NCBI GenBank assembly: GCA_963923035.1
Contig: CAWUKT010000025.1
Coordinates: 2,163 to 66,162 of the forward strand
DNA length: 64,000 nucleotides
Reading direction: 5' to 3'
Origin: an uncultured bacterium
GTDB lineage: Bacteria; Bacteroidota; Bacteroidia; J057; JADKCL01
Made by a program: the position numbers and the translations under genes. This document shows positions 26,872-36,108 of the stretch, in pieces (position 1 is the stretch's first letter; each line of letters starts with the position of its first letter). The notes beneath the pieces are model-generated. The model did no database searches and was not told the DNA's origin. It saw nothing but the letters and a program-made list of their open reading frames with translations.

Positions 26872-28671
26872 TTACAGCTTCACAATTTTCAATACGGCAC
26901 TGCCGTCCTCTCCCCTTACCCGAACCGAGTAAACCCCGGGGGCCAGATCGCCCATGTCAAGCTGGAGGTAGCGCTGGCCTTTCCATTGGCTCGTTTGCAG
27001 AACCCTTCCCTGGAGGTCCACAATTTCGACCTCTAATTCCCACATGACTTTCCCAAATTCAAGTTTCAAAACCTGTCCCACCGGATTGGGGAAGGCCTCA
27101 ACAGTCGTGCCCAACGTATTCCGGGAGCCAATTCCGAGGGTAATGTCGATGCATTCAGAACGAATGGTGCATCCATTCAGGGTCACATCCACCGCAAAAC
27201 TACCCGTGGAGGTAATGGCGAAGGTCTGCCCGGTCTGCCCCGCAATCGGCTGGCCGGAAATGCAATCTATCCACTGGTAAGTCGCTCCATTCTGAATGGC
27301 GATCAATACCCCACTGTTGTTGGTGACGGCATTGTCGACATTGGAAACGGCCAGCTCGGTGGTGACGATGCTGTCACATCCGGCCGTCGTGGAGAGCGTG
27401 TCCACGTAGACCCCGGCGGTGGTTTGGAAGGCCCCTCCGACAAGAATGGAATCGCCCGAGCAAATGGTATCGTTCACCGAGGCACTCGCCGGAGCCAGCA
27501 CCGTCAAGGTCGTCGTGACGGTACTGTCACACCCGTTTCCAGCCGTCAGGACATCCGTATAGGTCCCGGCCGTGGTCTGGAAAGCGCCGCCTACAAACAA
27601 GCTGTCGCCCTGGCAAATCGATGCCGAAGCGCTGCTCTGGCTGCTGGGAAGGACCGTCAGCGTCGTTTCGACCGTACTGTCACAACCCGCGGGGGTGGTA
27701 AAGACATCGGTGTAAACACCGGAAGTAGTTTGGAACGCCCCTCCCACAAACAGGCTGTCCCCATCACAAATGATCGCACCACCAATTATCACAGGACTGG
27801 GATTGACGGTCAAATCGGTGATGATGATTGAATCGCAACCGCCGTTGTCGGTGAGGGAATCGGTGTACAATCCGCTCGAGGTCTGGAAGCCACCGCCCAC
27901 GAAGAGGCTGTCTCCATCGCAGATGGAGGCGCTGGCATTGGTGGTCGTCGGCGAACATCCCGGAGCGGCCGTGATGGTCACATCGTCGATGGAGAAGGCC
28001 GGATCCGCTCCCGTGGTGGAAATATTGTTCACAAATCGGAATCCGAAGCGCAAAGTGGGCTGGTTGTCGAACGCCGGATTGGTGACCGTCTGCTGAATCC
28101 AACTGACCTGCCCAAAATAACTCGAAATCGGTGCTGTCACCTGGGTCCATGAGGTTCCGCCATTGGTGCTGTAATGGAGCTCACCAATTGAAAATGAAGA
28201 CATGGCTCCTATCCACCAAAAGGTCAGCGTCACATTGGTCCGCCCCACGGTGTTCACATCGTTGGTCATTCGCGCGAAATTGCTTTCGGCCCCCTGACAG
28301 GTGCCATCCGCCGGTTGGTAGTTGGCGTTCAGGACATTGTCGTTAGCCGCTTCGTCGGCCAGCAGGTGCAGGTAATTTCCGTTGGCATTCGAGATGGTCA
28401 TCGGCTGAGGAGGGGTATTGGCTACCGTGAATGTAAATGGAAAGCCAAGACAAATCAGCGTGCCCGATCCTCCTACATAGGTACTGTTAATGACCCAATC
28501 GTTGAACCCTCCGGGATTACCGCCCAGATCGGTGGTATTGAGGGTAAAAGAGGTGGGAGTGCCTTCAAAATCTTCAAAAAAGAGGGTGTCCTGGGCGGAA
28601 AGGGTAAAAAATCCTCCGCAACCAAGCAACAGCAAGAGGGTAAGCGTAAATTTTGAGGTGTTGATTTTCAT
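26872..28671 (-). CDS. Secreted protein with four tandem Cys-containing ~48-aa modules and T9SS C-terminal domain
   Basis: I start at MKINTSKFTLTLLLLLGCGG (28671). There are four repeats of IC-x-GDS-x-FVGG-x-FQT-x-x-G-x-YTD...GCDS-x-V-x-T-x-LTV, then the tail FPNPVGQVLKLEF...GVYSVRVRGEDG. Confidence 0.85.
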   Translation of the reverse strand: MKINTSKFTLTLLLLLGCGGFFTLSAQDTLFFEDFEGTPTSFTLNTTDLGGNPGGFNDWVINSTYVGGSGTLICLGFPFTFTVANTPPQPMTISNANGNYLHLLADEAANDNVLNANYQPADGTCQGAESNFARMTNDVNTVGRTNVTLTFWWIGAMSSFSIGELHYSTNGGTSWTQVTAPISSYFGQVSWIQQTVTNPAFDNQPTLRFGFRFVNNISTTGADPAFSIDDVTITAAPGCSPTTTNASASICDGDSLFVGGGFQTSSGLYTDSLTDNGGCDSIIITDLTVNPSPVIIGGAIICDGDSLFVGGAFQTTSGVYTDVFTTPAGCDSTVETTLTVLPSSQSSASASICQGDSLFVGGAFQTTAGTYTDVLTAGNGCDSTVTTTLTVLAPASASVNDTICSGDSILVGGAFQTTAGVYVDTLSTTAGCDSIVTTELAVSNVDNAVTNNSGVLIAIQNGATYQWIDCISGQPIAGQTGQTFAITSTGSFAVDVTLNGCTIRSECIDITLGIGSRNTLGTTVEAFPNPVGQVLKLEFGKVMWELEVEIVDLQGRVLQTSQWKGQRYLQLDMGDLAPGVYSVRVRGEDGSAVLKIVKL

Positions 28672-28925
28672 ACGTTTTGCAAGTGACTGTCCCAATAAGG
28701 TAATAAAAAGAAAGGTGGAGACAAGGGGATGAAATAGTTTACCGGAGGAAATGAAATGGCTGGGAAAAGGGAAGGTCGGGAAAAGAGGGGGTAGAAATCA
28801 TTCGGGCAAGCCGGGCCAGGGGATTTAGCCCCGAAAAGGCAACTATCAGTTTACACCAAAAATAAACATACTATTGCCATATAGGTCAGACTTACTATCA
28901 AAAAGCTCCGAAAACGGAGCGAAAT

Positions 28926-29200
28926 GGTGGAAGGTTGGTTAGGATTGGTGGAAACTTGGATAGTTTTTGTAGAAACTTCCGTATCGGGAGTGGAAACTTC
29001 CATGTTTTTGGTGGAAAGTTGGGCCCGATCAGTCGAAGTTTCTACCGATCGTGCCCGTTATGGGAGTGTCATTGGTAGAAGTTTCGACAAATGGGGCCCA
29101 ACTTTCTATGTTTTGGGTGGAAGCGTGGACCAATTTGGTGGAAAGTCGCAGCTCCGCCGTGGAACGGCCGGGCTACTCAATAGAAGGTCCTAGCATTTCC
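28926..29200. repeat. 21-bp-phased tandem array, ~13 units, core GT(G/A/C)GAA(A/G)(C/G)TT(C/G)(C/G)
   Basis: Core starts at 28927, 28948, 28969, 28990, 29011, 29032, 29075, 29117, 29138, 29159 and 29180. Degenerate units sit near 29051 and 29096. Spacing is exactly 21 bp, apart from one extra nt between 29032 and 29075. Confidence 0.85.
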
Positions 29201-29368
29201 AGGGAGGGCCGCGCCAGGAAAGTAAAAGGGTGAAGCTCCACCGTGCAAACTTCCTCTCTTGAGCCGGAAAAGAGAGGGGGCGCCGTCCAGGCCGCCATTT
29301 TTTAAGCTCCCTTTTTCCCATTGAAAACTCCCTTCCCGCCCTTCTAATATTCTTCCTAATTTAGCCGC

Positions 29369-30013
29369 ATGAGTTCATCCCCCCAACGCGGTCAATTCAT
29401 CGTCTTTGAAGGCATCGATGGCAGTGGCAAATCCACGCAGGTGCGCCGACTCGCCCAACGCCTGGAATCTGAAGGCTTGTCCGTTCATACGACCTTTGAA
29501 CCGACCAAATACCGCATTGGCTCCATCCTGCGCCGGATTCTCACCGGCCAGGAGCACGCGCATGAGGCCACCATCGCGGCGCTGTTTTCAGCCGATCGGC
29601 TGGACCATATCCACCATCCCGACTACGGGATGGACGGACTCCTGGACCGTGGGACCACGGTCATTTGCGACCGCTACCTCTTTTCTTCCTACGCCTACAA
29701 TACCCAATCCACTCCCCTCCAGTGGGTCTACCAATTGAATGCTGAAGCGGCGGAGGCCCTCCCCGCCGACCTGACCATTTTCCTCGACCTCCCTCCTGCG
29801 GTCGCCATGGAGCGCATCCAGCAGAACCGAACCAGCGTCGACCACTACGAATCCCTGGACACCCTCCAAGGCGTCTATGACCGGTACCAGCAGGCATTTT
29901 CGGAAAAGGGGAAGCCGGAAAAAATTCACCGCATCGACGCCCAACTGGACATGGATGCGGTGAGTGAATTGATTTGGGAGCGGGTCACGCCCCTGTTTAC
30001 CACCAACGCTTAG
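29369..30013 (+). CDS. tmk: Thymidylate kinase
   Basis: 214 aa. P-loop FIVFEGIDGSGKSTQ and a DRY-type segment (ICDRYLFSSYAY). Confidence 0.93.
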   Translation: MSSSPQRGQFIVFEGIDGSGKSTQVRRLAQRLESEGLSVHTTFEPTKYRIGSILRRILTGQEHAHEATIAALFSADRLDHIHHPDYGMDGLLDRGTTVICDRYLFSSYAYNTQSTPLQWVYQLNAEAAEALPADLTIFLDLPPAVAMERIQQNRTSVDHYESLDTLQGVYDRYQQAFSEKGKPEKIHRIDAQLDMDAVSELIWERVTPLFTTNA

Positions 30014-31698
30014 AACAAACCGGTGATCTGACCGTCGGCGTCGATGTCGATTTTTTCGGCACTGGGCGTGCTTGGGAGACCCGGCATCCGCAACATATTT
30101 CCGAGGATCGGAATCACGAATCCTGCCCCCGCTGCAATTTCGATTTCCCGCACCGTCATTTCGAAGCCTTCCGGCCGTCCCAGCAGTTTGGGGTTGTCGG
30201 AAAATGAGCTCTGGGTCTTGGCCATGCAAACCGGGAGCTTTTCGAGGCCCAGGCGGTTGATCCGCTTGATGTTCAGCCGGGCCTTCGGCTGGAAGACCAC
30301 CGATCCGGCTCCGTAGACCTTCTTGGCGACGGCTTCGATTTTGTTCGCGACCGAATCTTCCCAATCGTAGATCGGCTGGTAACGGCCGGTAAATCCATTG
30401 ACGGCGGCGACGACTTCGGAGGCGAGGTCCTTCATACCAGCTCCGCCGTGCTCCCAACCTTCCGCGATGGCCACCCGGGCACCCAATGATTCCACGTGGG
30501 CCTTCAGCCAATCGAGTTCTTCCTGGGTATCGCTGACAAAGCGGTTGATGGACACCACGGCCGGAACGCCGTAGAGATTGATGTTCTCGAGGTGCTTTTC
30601 GAGGTTGACGACGCCCTTTTTCAGTGCTTCCAGATCGGGCTGCTTCAAATCCGCCAGGGGCTTGCCGCCGTGGTACTTGAGCGCGCGCACCGTGGCCACC
30701 AGCACAATGGCGCGGGGAGACAGGCCCGCATAGCCACATTTGATATTGAGGAACTTTTCGGCGCCGAGATCGGCGCCAAAACCGGCCTCGGTCACGACGT
30801 AATCGCTGAGGCTCAGGCCCATCTTGGTCGCGATGACCGAATTGGTGCCCTGGGCGATATTGGCGAAGGGGCCGCCGTGGATGATGGCGGGATTGCCTTC
30901 AAGGGTCTGGACGAGGTTGGGCTTGATGGCGTCTTTGAGGAGCGCCGTCATGGCACCGTGGGCATTCAAATCCCGGGCGTAGACCGCTTTGCGGTCATAG
31001 GTATCGCCGATATAGATATTGCCAATCTTCTCCTTGAGGTCGGCCAGGTCCTTGGCCAGGCACAAGATGGCCATGATTTCGGAGGCCGCCGTGATGTTAA
31101 AGCCTTCTTCCCGGGGAACGCCGCCGCTTTTTCCGCCCAACCCTACCACAATGTTCCGCAACGACCGGTCATTCATGTCCATCACCCGCTTCCACACCAC
31201 CGTCCGCGGATCAATCCCCAGGCTCCGCTTGGAGTTCTGGATATTGTTGTCGATCAACGCTGAAAGCAGATTGTTTGCCTTTTCGATGGCAGAAAAATCC
31301 CCGGTAAAGTGGAGGTTGATTTCCTCCATGGGCACGACCTGGGAATAGCCTCCGCCAGCCGCTCCTCCTTTGATGCCAAATACCGGCCCCAGAGAAGGTT
31401 CCCGCAGGACCACCATCGCCTGTTCGCCGATCTGGTTCAGGCCCTCCGTCAATCCAATGGACGTCGTGGTCTTGCCCTCACCGGCCGGTGTGGGCGTGAT
31501 GGCAGTTACCAGGACCATTTTCCCATTTCCCGCTTTCTCCTCATCAATCAAATTCAGGGGGAGTTTGGCTTTGTAGCGGCCATACATCTCGATCCCATCT
31601 TCTTCAATGCCGAGGTTGTGGGCAATGTTGCGGATGGGCTGCATAGAAGCCGCCTGGGCGATCTCAAGATCGCTGAGGTAGGTCTTTTGAGTAGACAT
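30010..31698 (-). CDS. fhs: Formate--tetrahydrofolate ligase
   Basis: 562 aa. TPTPAGEGKTTTSIGL nucleotide-binding motif and family-wide similarity along the full length. Confidence 0.97.
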   Translation of the reverse strand: MSTQKTYLSDLEIAQAASMQPIRNIAHNLGIEEDGIEMYGRYKAKLPLNLIDEEKAGNGKMVLVTAITPTPAGEGKTTTSIGLTEGLNQIGEQAMVVLREPSLGPVFGIKGGAAGGGYSQVVPMEEINLHFTGDFSAIEKANNLLSALIDNNIQNSKRSLGIDPRTVVWKRVMDMNDRSLRNIVVGLGGKSGGVPREEGFNITAASEIMAILCLAKDLADLKEKIGNIYIGDTYDRKAVYARDLNAHGAMTALLKDAIKPNLVQTLEGNPAIIHGGPFANIAQGTNSVIATKMGLSLSDYVVTEAGFGADLGAEKFLNIKCGYAGLSPRAIVLVATVRALKYHGGKPLADLKQPDLEALKKGVVNLEKHLENINLYGVPAVVSINRFVSDTQEELDWLKAHVESLGARVAIAEGWEHGGAGMKDLASEVVAAVNGFTGRYQPIYDWEDSVANKIEAVAKKVYGAGSVVFQPKARLNIKRINRLGLEKLPVCMAKTQSSFSDNPKLLGRPEGFEMTVREIEIAAGAGFVIPILGNMLRMPGLPSTPSAEKIDIDADGQITGLF

Positions 31699-31764
31699 AA
31701 TCAGATTTTAGGATTCACACGCGGCCAAGATAGGTCTTTTTAGCCCGATCGTCAATGGACCTAA

Positions 31765-31798
31765 ATATGAAAAGGAGGAAACCGTCGGCTTCCTCCTT
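31765..31798 (-). terminator. Putative terminator after the tail-fibre/T9SS gene
   Basis: Perfect 9-bp stem AAGGAGGAA / TTCCTCCTT (31772-31780 / 31790-31798). The tail on the minus strand is only moderately T-rich. Confidence 0.5.
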
Positions 31799-31822
31799 AC
31801 AACTATGAGAAACGAGAATGTA

Positions 31823-33271
31823 TTACTTGGACTTGGTGATGATCATGCGCTTGACGTCGACTTCTTTGCCATCGGCGATGAGGGCGTAGAGGTACATGCC
31901 AGCGCCAAACAGGTTGCCGTCGAGCTGGTAAGCGCTTTCACCTCGGTCGGTGATGGCCGCTTCGAGGACCTGGTTGCCCTGCATATCATAAATGTAAAGG
32001 GTGGCATTGTTGACGGAGGACGGCAGGTAGTAGCCAATCTCAGTCACGCTCTCAAACGGATTCGGGTTGTTCTGGTACAGCTTGGGGAGGAGTTCCTGGC
32101 TGCCGGTCTCGTCGCGGGTAAACTTGGACACCTGCTGCTGGAGCTCTTCGATGAGGGCTTTTTGCTCCTCGATCTGGACCTGCTGCTCCTGGATGGCTTT
32201 GACCAGAATCGGGCTCATGAGCGCATAGTTGATGCCCATGCGGGTGTCTTCGGTAACTTTTACCGGGACCAATTCGCCTTCTTCGTTCAATTCGAAGTCT
32301 TCAGCCGGATCGTAAACGATGTCCGGGAGGATCTCATTGACTTCCTGCGCGATCAGACCAACCTGGGTGCCTTTTTCGGGCTGGGCCTTCCAATCGTAGG
32401 TGACCGGACGGAGGTCCATGACTTCGTTCAGACCGTAGGTAGCGTCCTGGATATTGGTTTTGTCGCGGCGGTCAGAGGTCTGGATCACCCCGTTGGTGGC
32501 GAAGACGTCGTCCCAGCGGAAGGTGGCGTTTCCGAGGTCACGGGAATTGTTGACGGAAGGAACAATGGTCGAAGAACTGGTGGTGACGAAGCCACCGCCA
32601 TCTTCAAAGTATTCTACGGAGCCAAACCGAACCCGGCCGTTCACGAAGAGGCGTTCGGTGGTCAGCGGGGTTCCGCCGATGCCGACATTGCCATTGCTTT
32701 CGATCTGCATGCGGGTCACAGGTGCCGCCGTGGGAGAACTGCCATAGTTGAACAGCAGGCGGTTGTTGGAGCTGGTACCGCCCCAAACAATCGCGAGGTC
32801 CCGGGTGGTGGAATTCCGCTCGATCAGGTTGAAGATGCCAAAGTTCTGGTTCCATTGGATCCGTTTGCCGTAGACACTCGCGCCGATTCCGGCGGGGCCG
32901 GAACCGATGCCGATCCACTTGGCCGTGCTGGAGATATTGCCGAAGCCACCGGCCTCGAGGTGACCCAGGTTGTTGTTCGAGCCAAAAGGACGGAACAAAG
33001 CAAGGGCGTTGCTGGTATTGGAACGGGCAACGTCAAAAACTTGCTGACCATTGAAGGAGATCCCGAAGGAAGTCGAAGACCCATTGGGGAAGCGAATGGT
33101 ATAATCATCCTGAACATCAAAGCGAACATCTCGACCGTCAAAGACTGTAAATTGACCGGCCAAATCGCCATCGTCAAGATTTAAGACTTCAAAAGTTCCA
33201 GTTTGGGCATAAGATTTTCCTGCCCCCAGGAGGAGAAGGACTCCCAGGCAGAAGATTAGAGACTTTTTCAT
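31823..33271 (-). CDS. Tail-fibre-domain protein with peptidase-S74-type intramolecular chaperone domain, coiled coil and T9SS C-terminal domain
   Basis: I start at MKKSLIFCLGVLLLLGAGKSYAQ (33271). SDRRDKTNIQDATYGLNEVMDLRPVTYDWK...GLIAQEV is the S74 chaperone-of-endosialidase signature. This is followed by an EQQVQIEEQKALIEELQQQV coiled coil, then the NPNPFESVTEIGYYLP...GMYLYALI tail. Confidence 0.88.
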   Translation of the reverse strand: MKKSLIFCLGVLLLLGAGKSYAQTGTFEVLNLDDGDLAGQFTVFDGRDVRFDVQDDYTIRFPNGSSTSFGISFNGQQVFDVARSNTSNALALFRPFGSNNNLGHLEAGGFGNISSTAKWIGIGSGPAGIGASVYGKRIQWNQNFGIFNLIERNSTTRDLAIVWGGTSSNNRLLFNYGSSPTAAPVTRMQIESNGNVGIGGTPLTTERLFVNGRVRFGSVEYFEDGGGFVTTSSSTIVPSVNNSRDLGNATFRWDDVFATNGVIQTSDRRDKTNIQDATYGLNEVMDLRPVTYDWKAQPEKGTQVGLIAQEVNEILPDIVYDPAEDFELNEEGELVPVKVTEDTRMGINYALMSPILVKAIQEQQVQIEEQKALIEELQQQVSKFTRDETGSQELLPKLYQNNPNPFESVTEIGYYLPSSVNNATLYIYDMQGNQVLEAAITDRGESAYQLDGNLFGAGMYLYALIADGKEVDVKRMIITKSK

Positions 33272-33552
33272 GATGTAAAAAGAGTGAGTTGAGGGTAAAA
33301 ATTGCCGAAAAATTGATTGAATCTCGAGAACTGACAAGAACTGGCGGTTCCTGTCTTGGGCATGCTAAATGGAGAACGGTGAATAGCCCTACTTGTTCGA
33401 CCAATACACTTAAAGATTCGACAAAAATTAATTAATTAACGATTAGTTCACTTTGGTTCCTTCATTTTTCCTTGCCTTCCATTAAACCATTTCCCTTCTC
33501 CCCCATCTAAGGGTTGTTTAAAACGTAAATCATCAACCCTCATTTATTTAAC

Positions 33553-35052
33553 ATGAAAACCTCAATCATTTTTACCCTCTTATTGTACTTTTCGTGCCCT
33601 TTCGTCTCGGCTCAGGTCTTCGACGGAATGTTTCTCGGGCCCGAAACCCAGCTGGGAGACCCCAATATCAGCTACGGCAACCCGGAATTTTCCCCCGACG
33701 GCAAGTACATGATCTGGTTCGAGCACGATACCCTGCTCCCTTCGGGGGAAGCCTACGGCAAGATGTGGCATTGTGGCATCGACATCGATACCAAGGCCCT
33801 GATTCCTGCGGATGGAAAAGGCTATTTGGCGTTCAATTCGTCGACCTATAAGCGGGCCAATATTGGGATTGATTCCAATGGGCCGTACTATGTCGGCGTC
33901 AACCTCGCCGGGCGTTTTGTGAAGGTCGAGATCACGGGCAATACCACGGGAACCAAGACCATCCTGCCTACGGCCCCGGATGTGCAGCGCCGCGGCATTT
34001 TTCCTTCGAAAAATCCCAATAGCAGCAAGCAGTACGTCTTTTATTTCCGGGCCGATGACTATCCCTTGCCCGGCGATGCCGATTCCATCGATGTGCGCTT
34101 CATCGACCTCGACTTTCCCACCAAGGAAATCCTGGTGGAACGTCAGTATGAGCCCGCCGGAGGCGGCTGGGCGGCCATGGACCTGGCGGTTCCCCGCTGG
34201 TTCAATGACCTCCACGAATTCACCTACGGTTATTTTGATGCGAACAACCGCAACCAGACCCGCCTCGTGGAGATCACTTCCGACACCAATTTTACAACCA
34301 CGAACATCACCAATGATGCGGTCCAACACAATGATCCCAGCCCGTTTTACTACCAAAACAAGCGGTATATCATGCCTGGGATCAATGGAGGACTGGAAAT
34401 TCGGACCTACCGCGAGCCTTTCATCGGCAATATCTTCAACCAGTTCCAAAGCTCGATTCCGGATACTTCCCTGTCCTTCCTCGACCAGCCCTGCCGGGCC
34501 CTGTCCAATGAGCCGTTTGTGATCAACGGCAATTACTATTCGGTCTTTTTGCTCAGCGACTGTGCGCAGGGCGGTGCCTTCGTCAACAGCCGCGGCGAAG
34601 TCTGGCTGCACAAAATTGATGGCTCGTCCTCTCCCCTGCTGGTGCGCGTGAGTGAACCGGATACCGTCAATGTCATCAACGAACCCGAAGTGGTGTCCAA
34701 TGGCCAAAAGGCCTGGCTGGTCTATTCCAAGTTTCCCATCGGCCAATTTTCCCAGGGCCAGGACCGCATGTTCATGAAACTGCTGCGGGTACTCCCGACG
34801 CCCACTTCCAAGATGGAACCGACGGGCGGGCCGCAAGTGGCGCCCAACCCGACTGCCGGCGTGAGCCGCCTCAATTGGCCGGGACAGGTACCGGAGTTCA
34901 GCCTCCAGGTCACGGACATGACAGGTCGGACCATTCTGGAGGCCGAAAATACCAGTGAGATTGACCTCTCCACCCATCCCGCCGGCCTTTATTTCCTGAA
35001 AGTACGGGCTGCGGATGGCCAAGAATATGCTTACCGCATCGTACGAAATTGA
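33553..35052 (+). CDS. Secreted beta-propeller-like (PD40/TolB-like) protein with T9SS C-terminal domain
   Basis: 499 aa. Signal peptide, a PD40-like NPEFSPDGKYMIWFEHD motif, and the tail APNPTAGVSRLNW...GLYFLKVRAADG. Confidence 0.78.
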   Translation: MKTSIIFTLLLYFSCPFVSAQVFDGMFLGPETQLGDPNISYGNPEFSPDGKYMIWFEHDTLLPSGEAYGKMWHCGIDIDTKALIPADGKGYLAFNSSTYKRANIGIDSNGPYYVGVNLAGRFVKVEITGNTTGTKTILPTAPDVQRRGIFPSKNPNSSKQYVFYFRADDYPLPGDADSIDVRFIDLDFPTKEILVERQYEPAGGGWAAMDLAVPRWFNDLHEFTYGYFDANNRNQTRLVEITSDTNFTTTNITNDAVQHNDPSPFYYQNKRYIMPGINGGLEIRTYREPFIGNIFNQFQSSIPDTSLSFLDQPCRALSNEPFVINGNYYSVFLLSDCAQGGAFVNSRGEVWLHKIDGSSSPLLVRVSEPDTVNVINEPEVVSNGQKAWLVYSKFPIGQFSQGQDRMFMKLLRVLPTPTSKMEPTGGPQVAPNPTAGVSRLNWPGQVPEFSLQVTDMTGRTILEAENTSEIDLSTHPAGLYFLKVRAADGQEYAYRIVRN

Positions 35053-35074
35053 GATTTTTCTTGAACGTAGTTGT

Positions 35075-35107
35075 CCCGAACCGCTCCGGCGGTTTGGGGA
35101 TTTTTTT
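35075..35107 (+). terminator. Intrinsic terminator after the 33553-35052 gene
   Basis: Stem CCCGAACCGC / GCGGTTTGGGG (imperfect), loop TCCG, followed by ATTTTTTT. Confidence 0.6.
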
Positions 35108-35130
35108 CTTCAATATCCCCAACCCATCAT

Positions 35131-35529
35131 TCAATTTCCATTCCCGAACAACTGCCCCCAGGGAATCACAAAGGGCAACAGCGCCACCCATACCACGAAA
35201 AACCACGCCATCGCGCGGGGAAAATTCTGGCCCTGCATGACGGCGGGCAATGCGACCACCAGCAGCCAGCTTCCTTTGTAAATCAATTGGAAGAGGAGCA
35301 CGAGGGACATTTGGCGGGGGAGAAATAAACCTATGGCGGACAGGAGGAAGATGGCTCCCCACAGGGCCCCGACGAGGCGGATGGCTTCCGAATAGGCAAA
35401 TCCCTGGGTGAAAACGGTGGCGTGGGCAGTTTTCGGGAAAAAGAGACTGGAAATGCTGATCCAGCCGGCCACCAGGACATTGGCGGCGTACATGAGTTTC
35501 ATCGTGATCATGGGACCAAGATCACGCAA
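35131..35529 (-). CDS. Hypothetical small integral membrane protein (about 4 TM helices)
   Basis: 132-aa ORF with four hydrophobic stretches and no identifiable motif. It is on the same strand as DUF2141 and 39 nt downstream of it. Confidence 0.55.
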   Translation of the reverse strand: MRDLGPMITMKLMYAANVLVAGWISISSLFFPKTAHATVFTQGFAYSEAIRLVGALWGAIFLLSAIGLFLPRQMSLVLLFQLIYKGSWLLVVALPAVMQGQNFPRAMAWFFVVWVALLPFVIPWGQLFGNGN

Positions 35530-35568
35530 GGCTCACAGAACCCGGCTAACCCGGGTTAGGAAATGCAA

Positions 35569-35988
35569 TCAATCGATTTCGATGGAGATGGTCTTGGAGC
35601 TGCCGGTGAAACTGAAGCTGCAAGACTCGAAGGAAGGCGGACCGAAGGTCCCGGAGGCGTTGTTGGAAAAGCCGTAGTCTTCGGTGGGCATGCCGAAAAA
35701 GTTGGTGTTGAGCTCGCGGTTGCGGTCCTCGTCGTGGTAAATGGCCACGGAGTAAGTACCCCGGGGAAGATTGGAAAACCGAATGGTTTGGGATTCGCCC
35801 GTCACCGGAACTTCCCTCTTTTGGTAGGCATACTCATCGTCCGGGAACTCTTTGGACTGGTTGAACACCGCGATCCGGATATTGCCTTCCACCTCCTCAA
35901 TTCCCTTCACTTTCACATCCAGATTCTGGGCCATCCCCATTCCGATACCCAAAATTCCCAAGGTCAGAACCAACAAAGTCTTTTTCAT
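35569..35988 (-). CDS. DUF2141-family secreted protein
   Basis: 139 aa. Signal peptide, then GNIRIAVFN...YSVAIYHDEDRNRELNTNFFGMPTEDYGFSNN, the characteristic DUF2141 pattern. Confidence 0.85.
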   Translation of the reverse strand: MKKTLLVLTLGILGIGMGMAQNLDVKVKGIEEVEGNIRIAVFNQSKEFPDDEYAYQKREVPVTGESQTIRFSNLPRGTYSVAIYHDEDRNRELNTNFFGMPTEDYGFSNNASGTFGPPSFESCSFSFTGSSKTISIEID

Positions 35989-36051
35989 ACCCCATTACAA
36001 CGAGAATTCCTTCGGCTTAGTTTGGACGATGAGGACATTTTTCCCCGGAAA

Positions 36052-36088
36052 ATAAAAAAAACCGCCCCAGAGGGATTCCCCGGGGCGG
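36052..36088 (-). terminator. Intrinsic terminator after the 36109-38091 gene
   Basis: Stem CCGCCCC / GGGGCGG (36062-36068 / 36082-36088), followed on the minus strand by a run of 8-9 T. Confidence 0.75.
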
Positions 36089-36108
36089 CCGTTCTGAGAC
36101 GAAATTGC

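Noticed and set aside
28924-29193. 89-aa ORF (MVEGWLGLVETWIVFVETSVSGVETSMF...) covering the 21-bp array, read as a heptad-repeat protein
   Set aside because: The repeat shifts reading frame midway: units 1-6 read V-E and units 8-12 read G-G. Conservation is therefore at the DNA level. There is no signal peptide or motif, and the ORF is open mainly because the repeat unit lacks stops in that frame.
31699-31822. Possible ZTP/THF-type riboswitch upstream of fhs
   Set aside because: The 124-bp spacer is mostly occupied by the upstream gene's terminator hairpin and lacks the conserved ZTP (pfl) core sequences. Only a near-consensus -7 box (TATCTTGG) is present.
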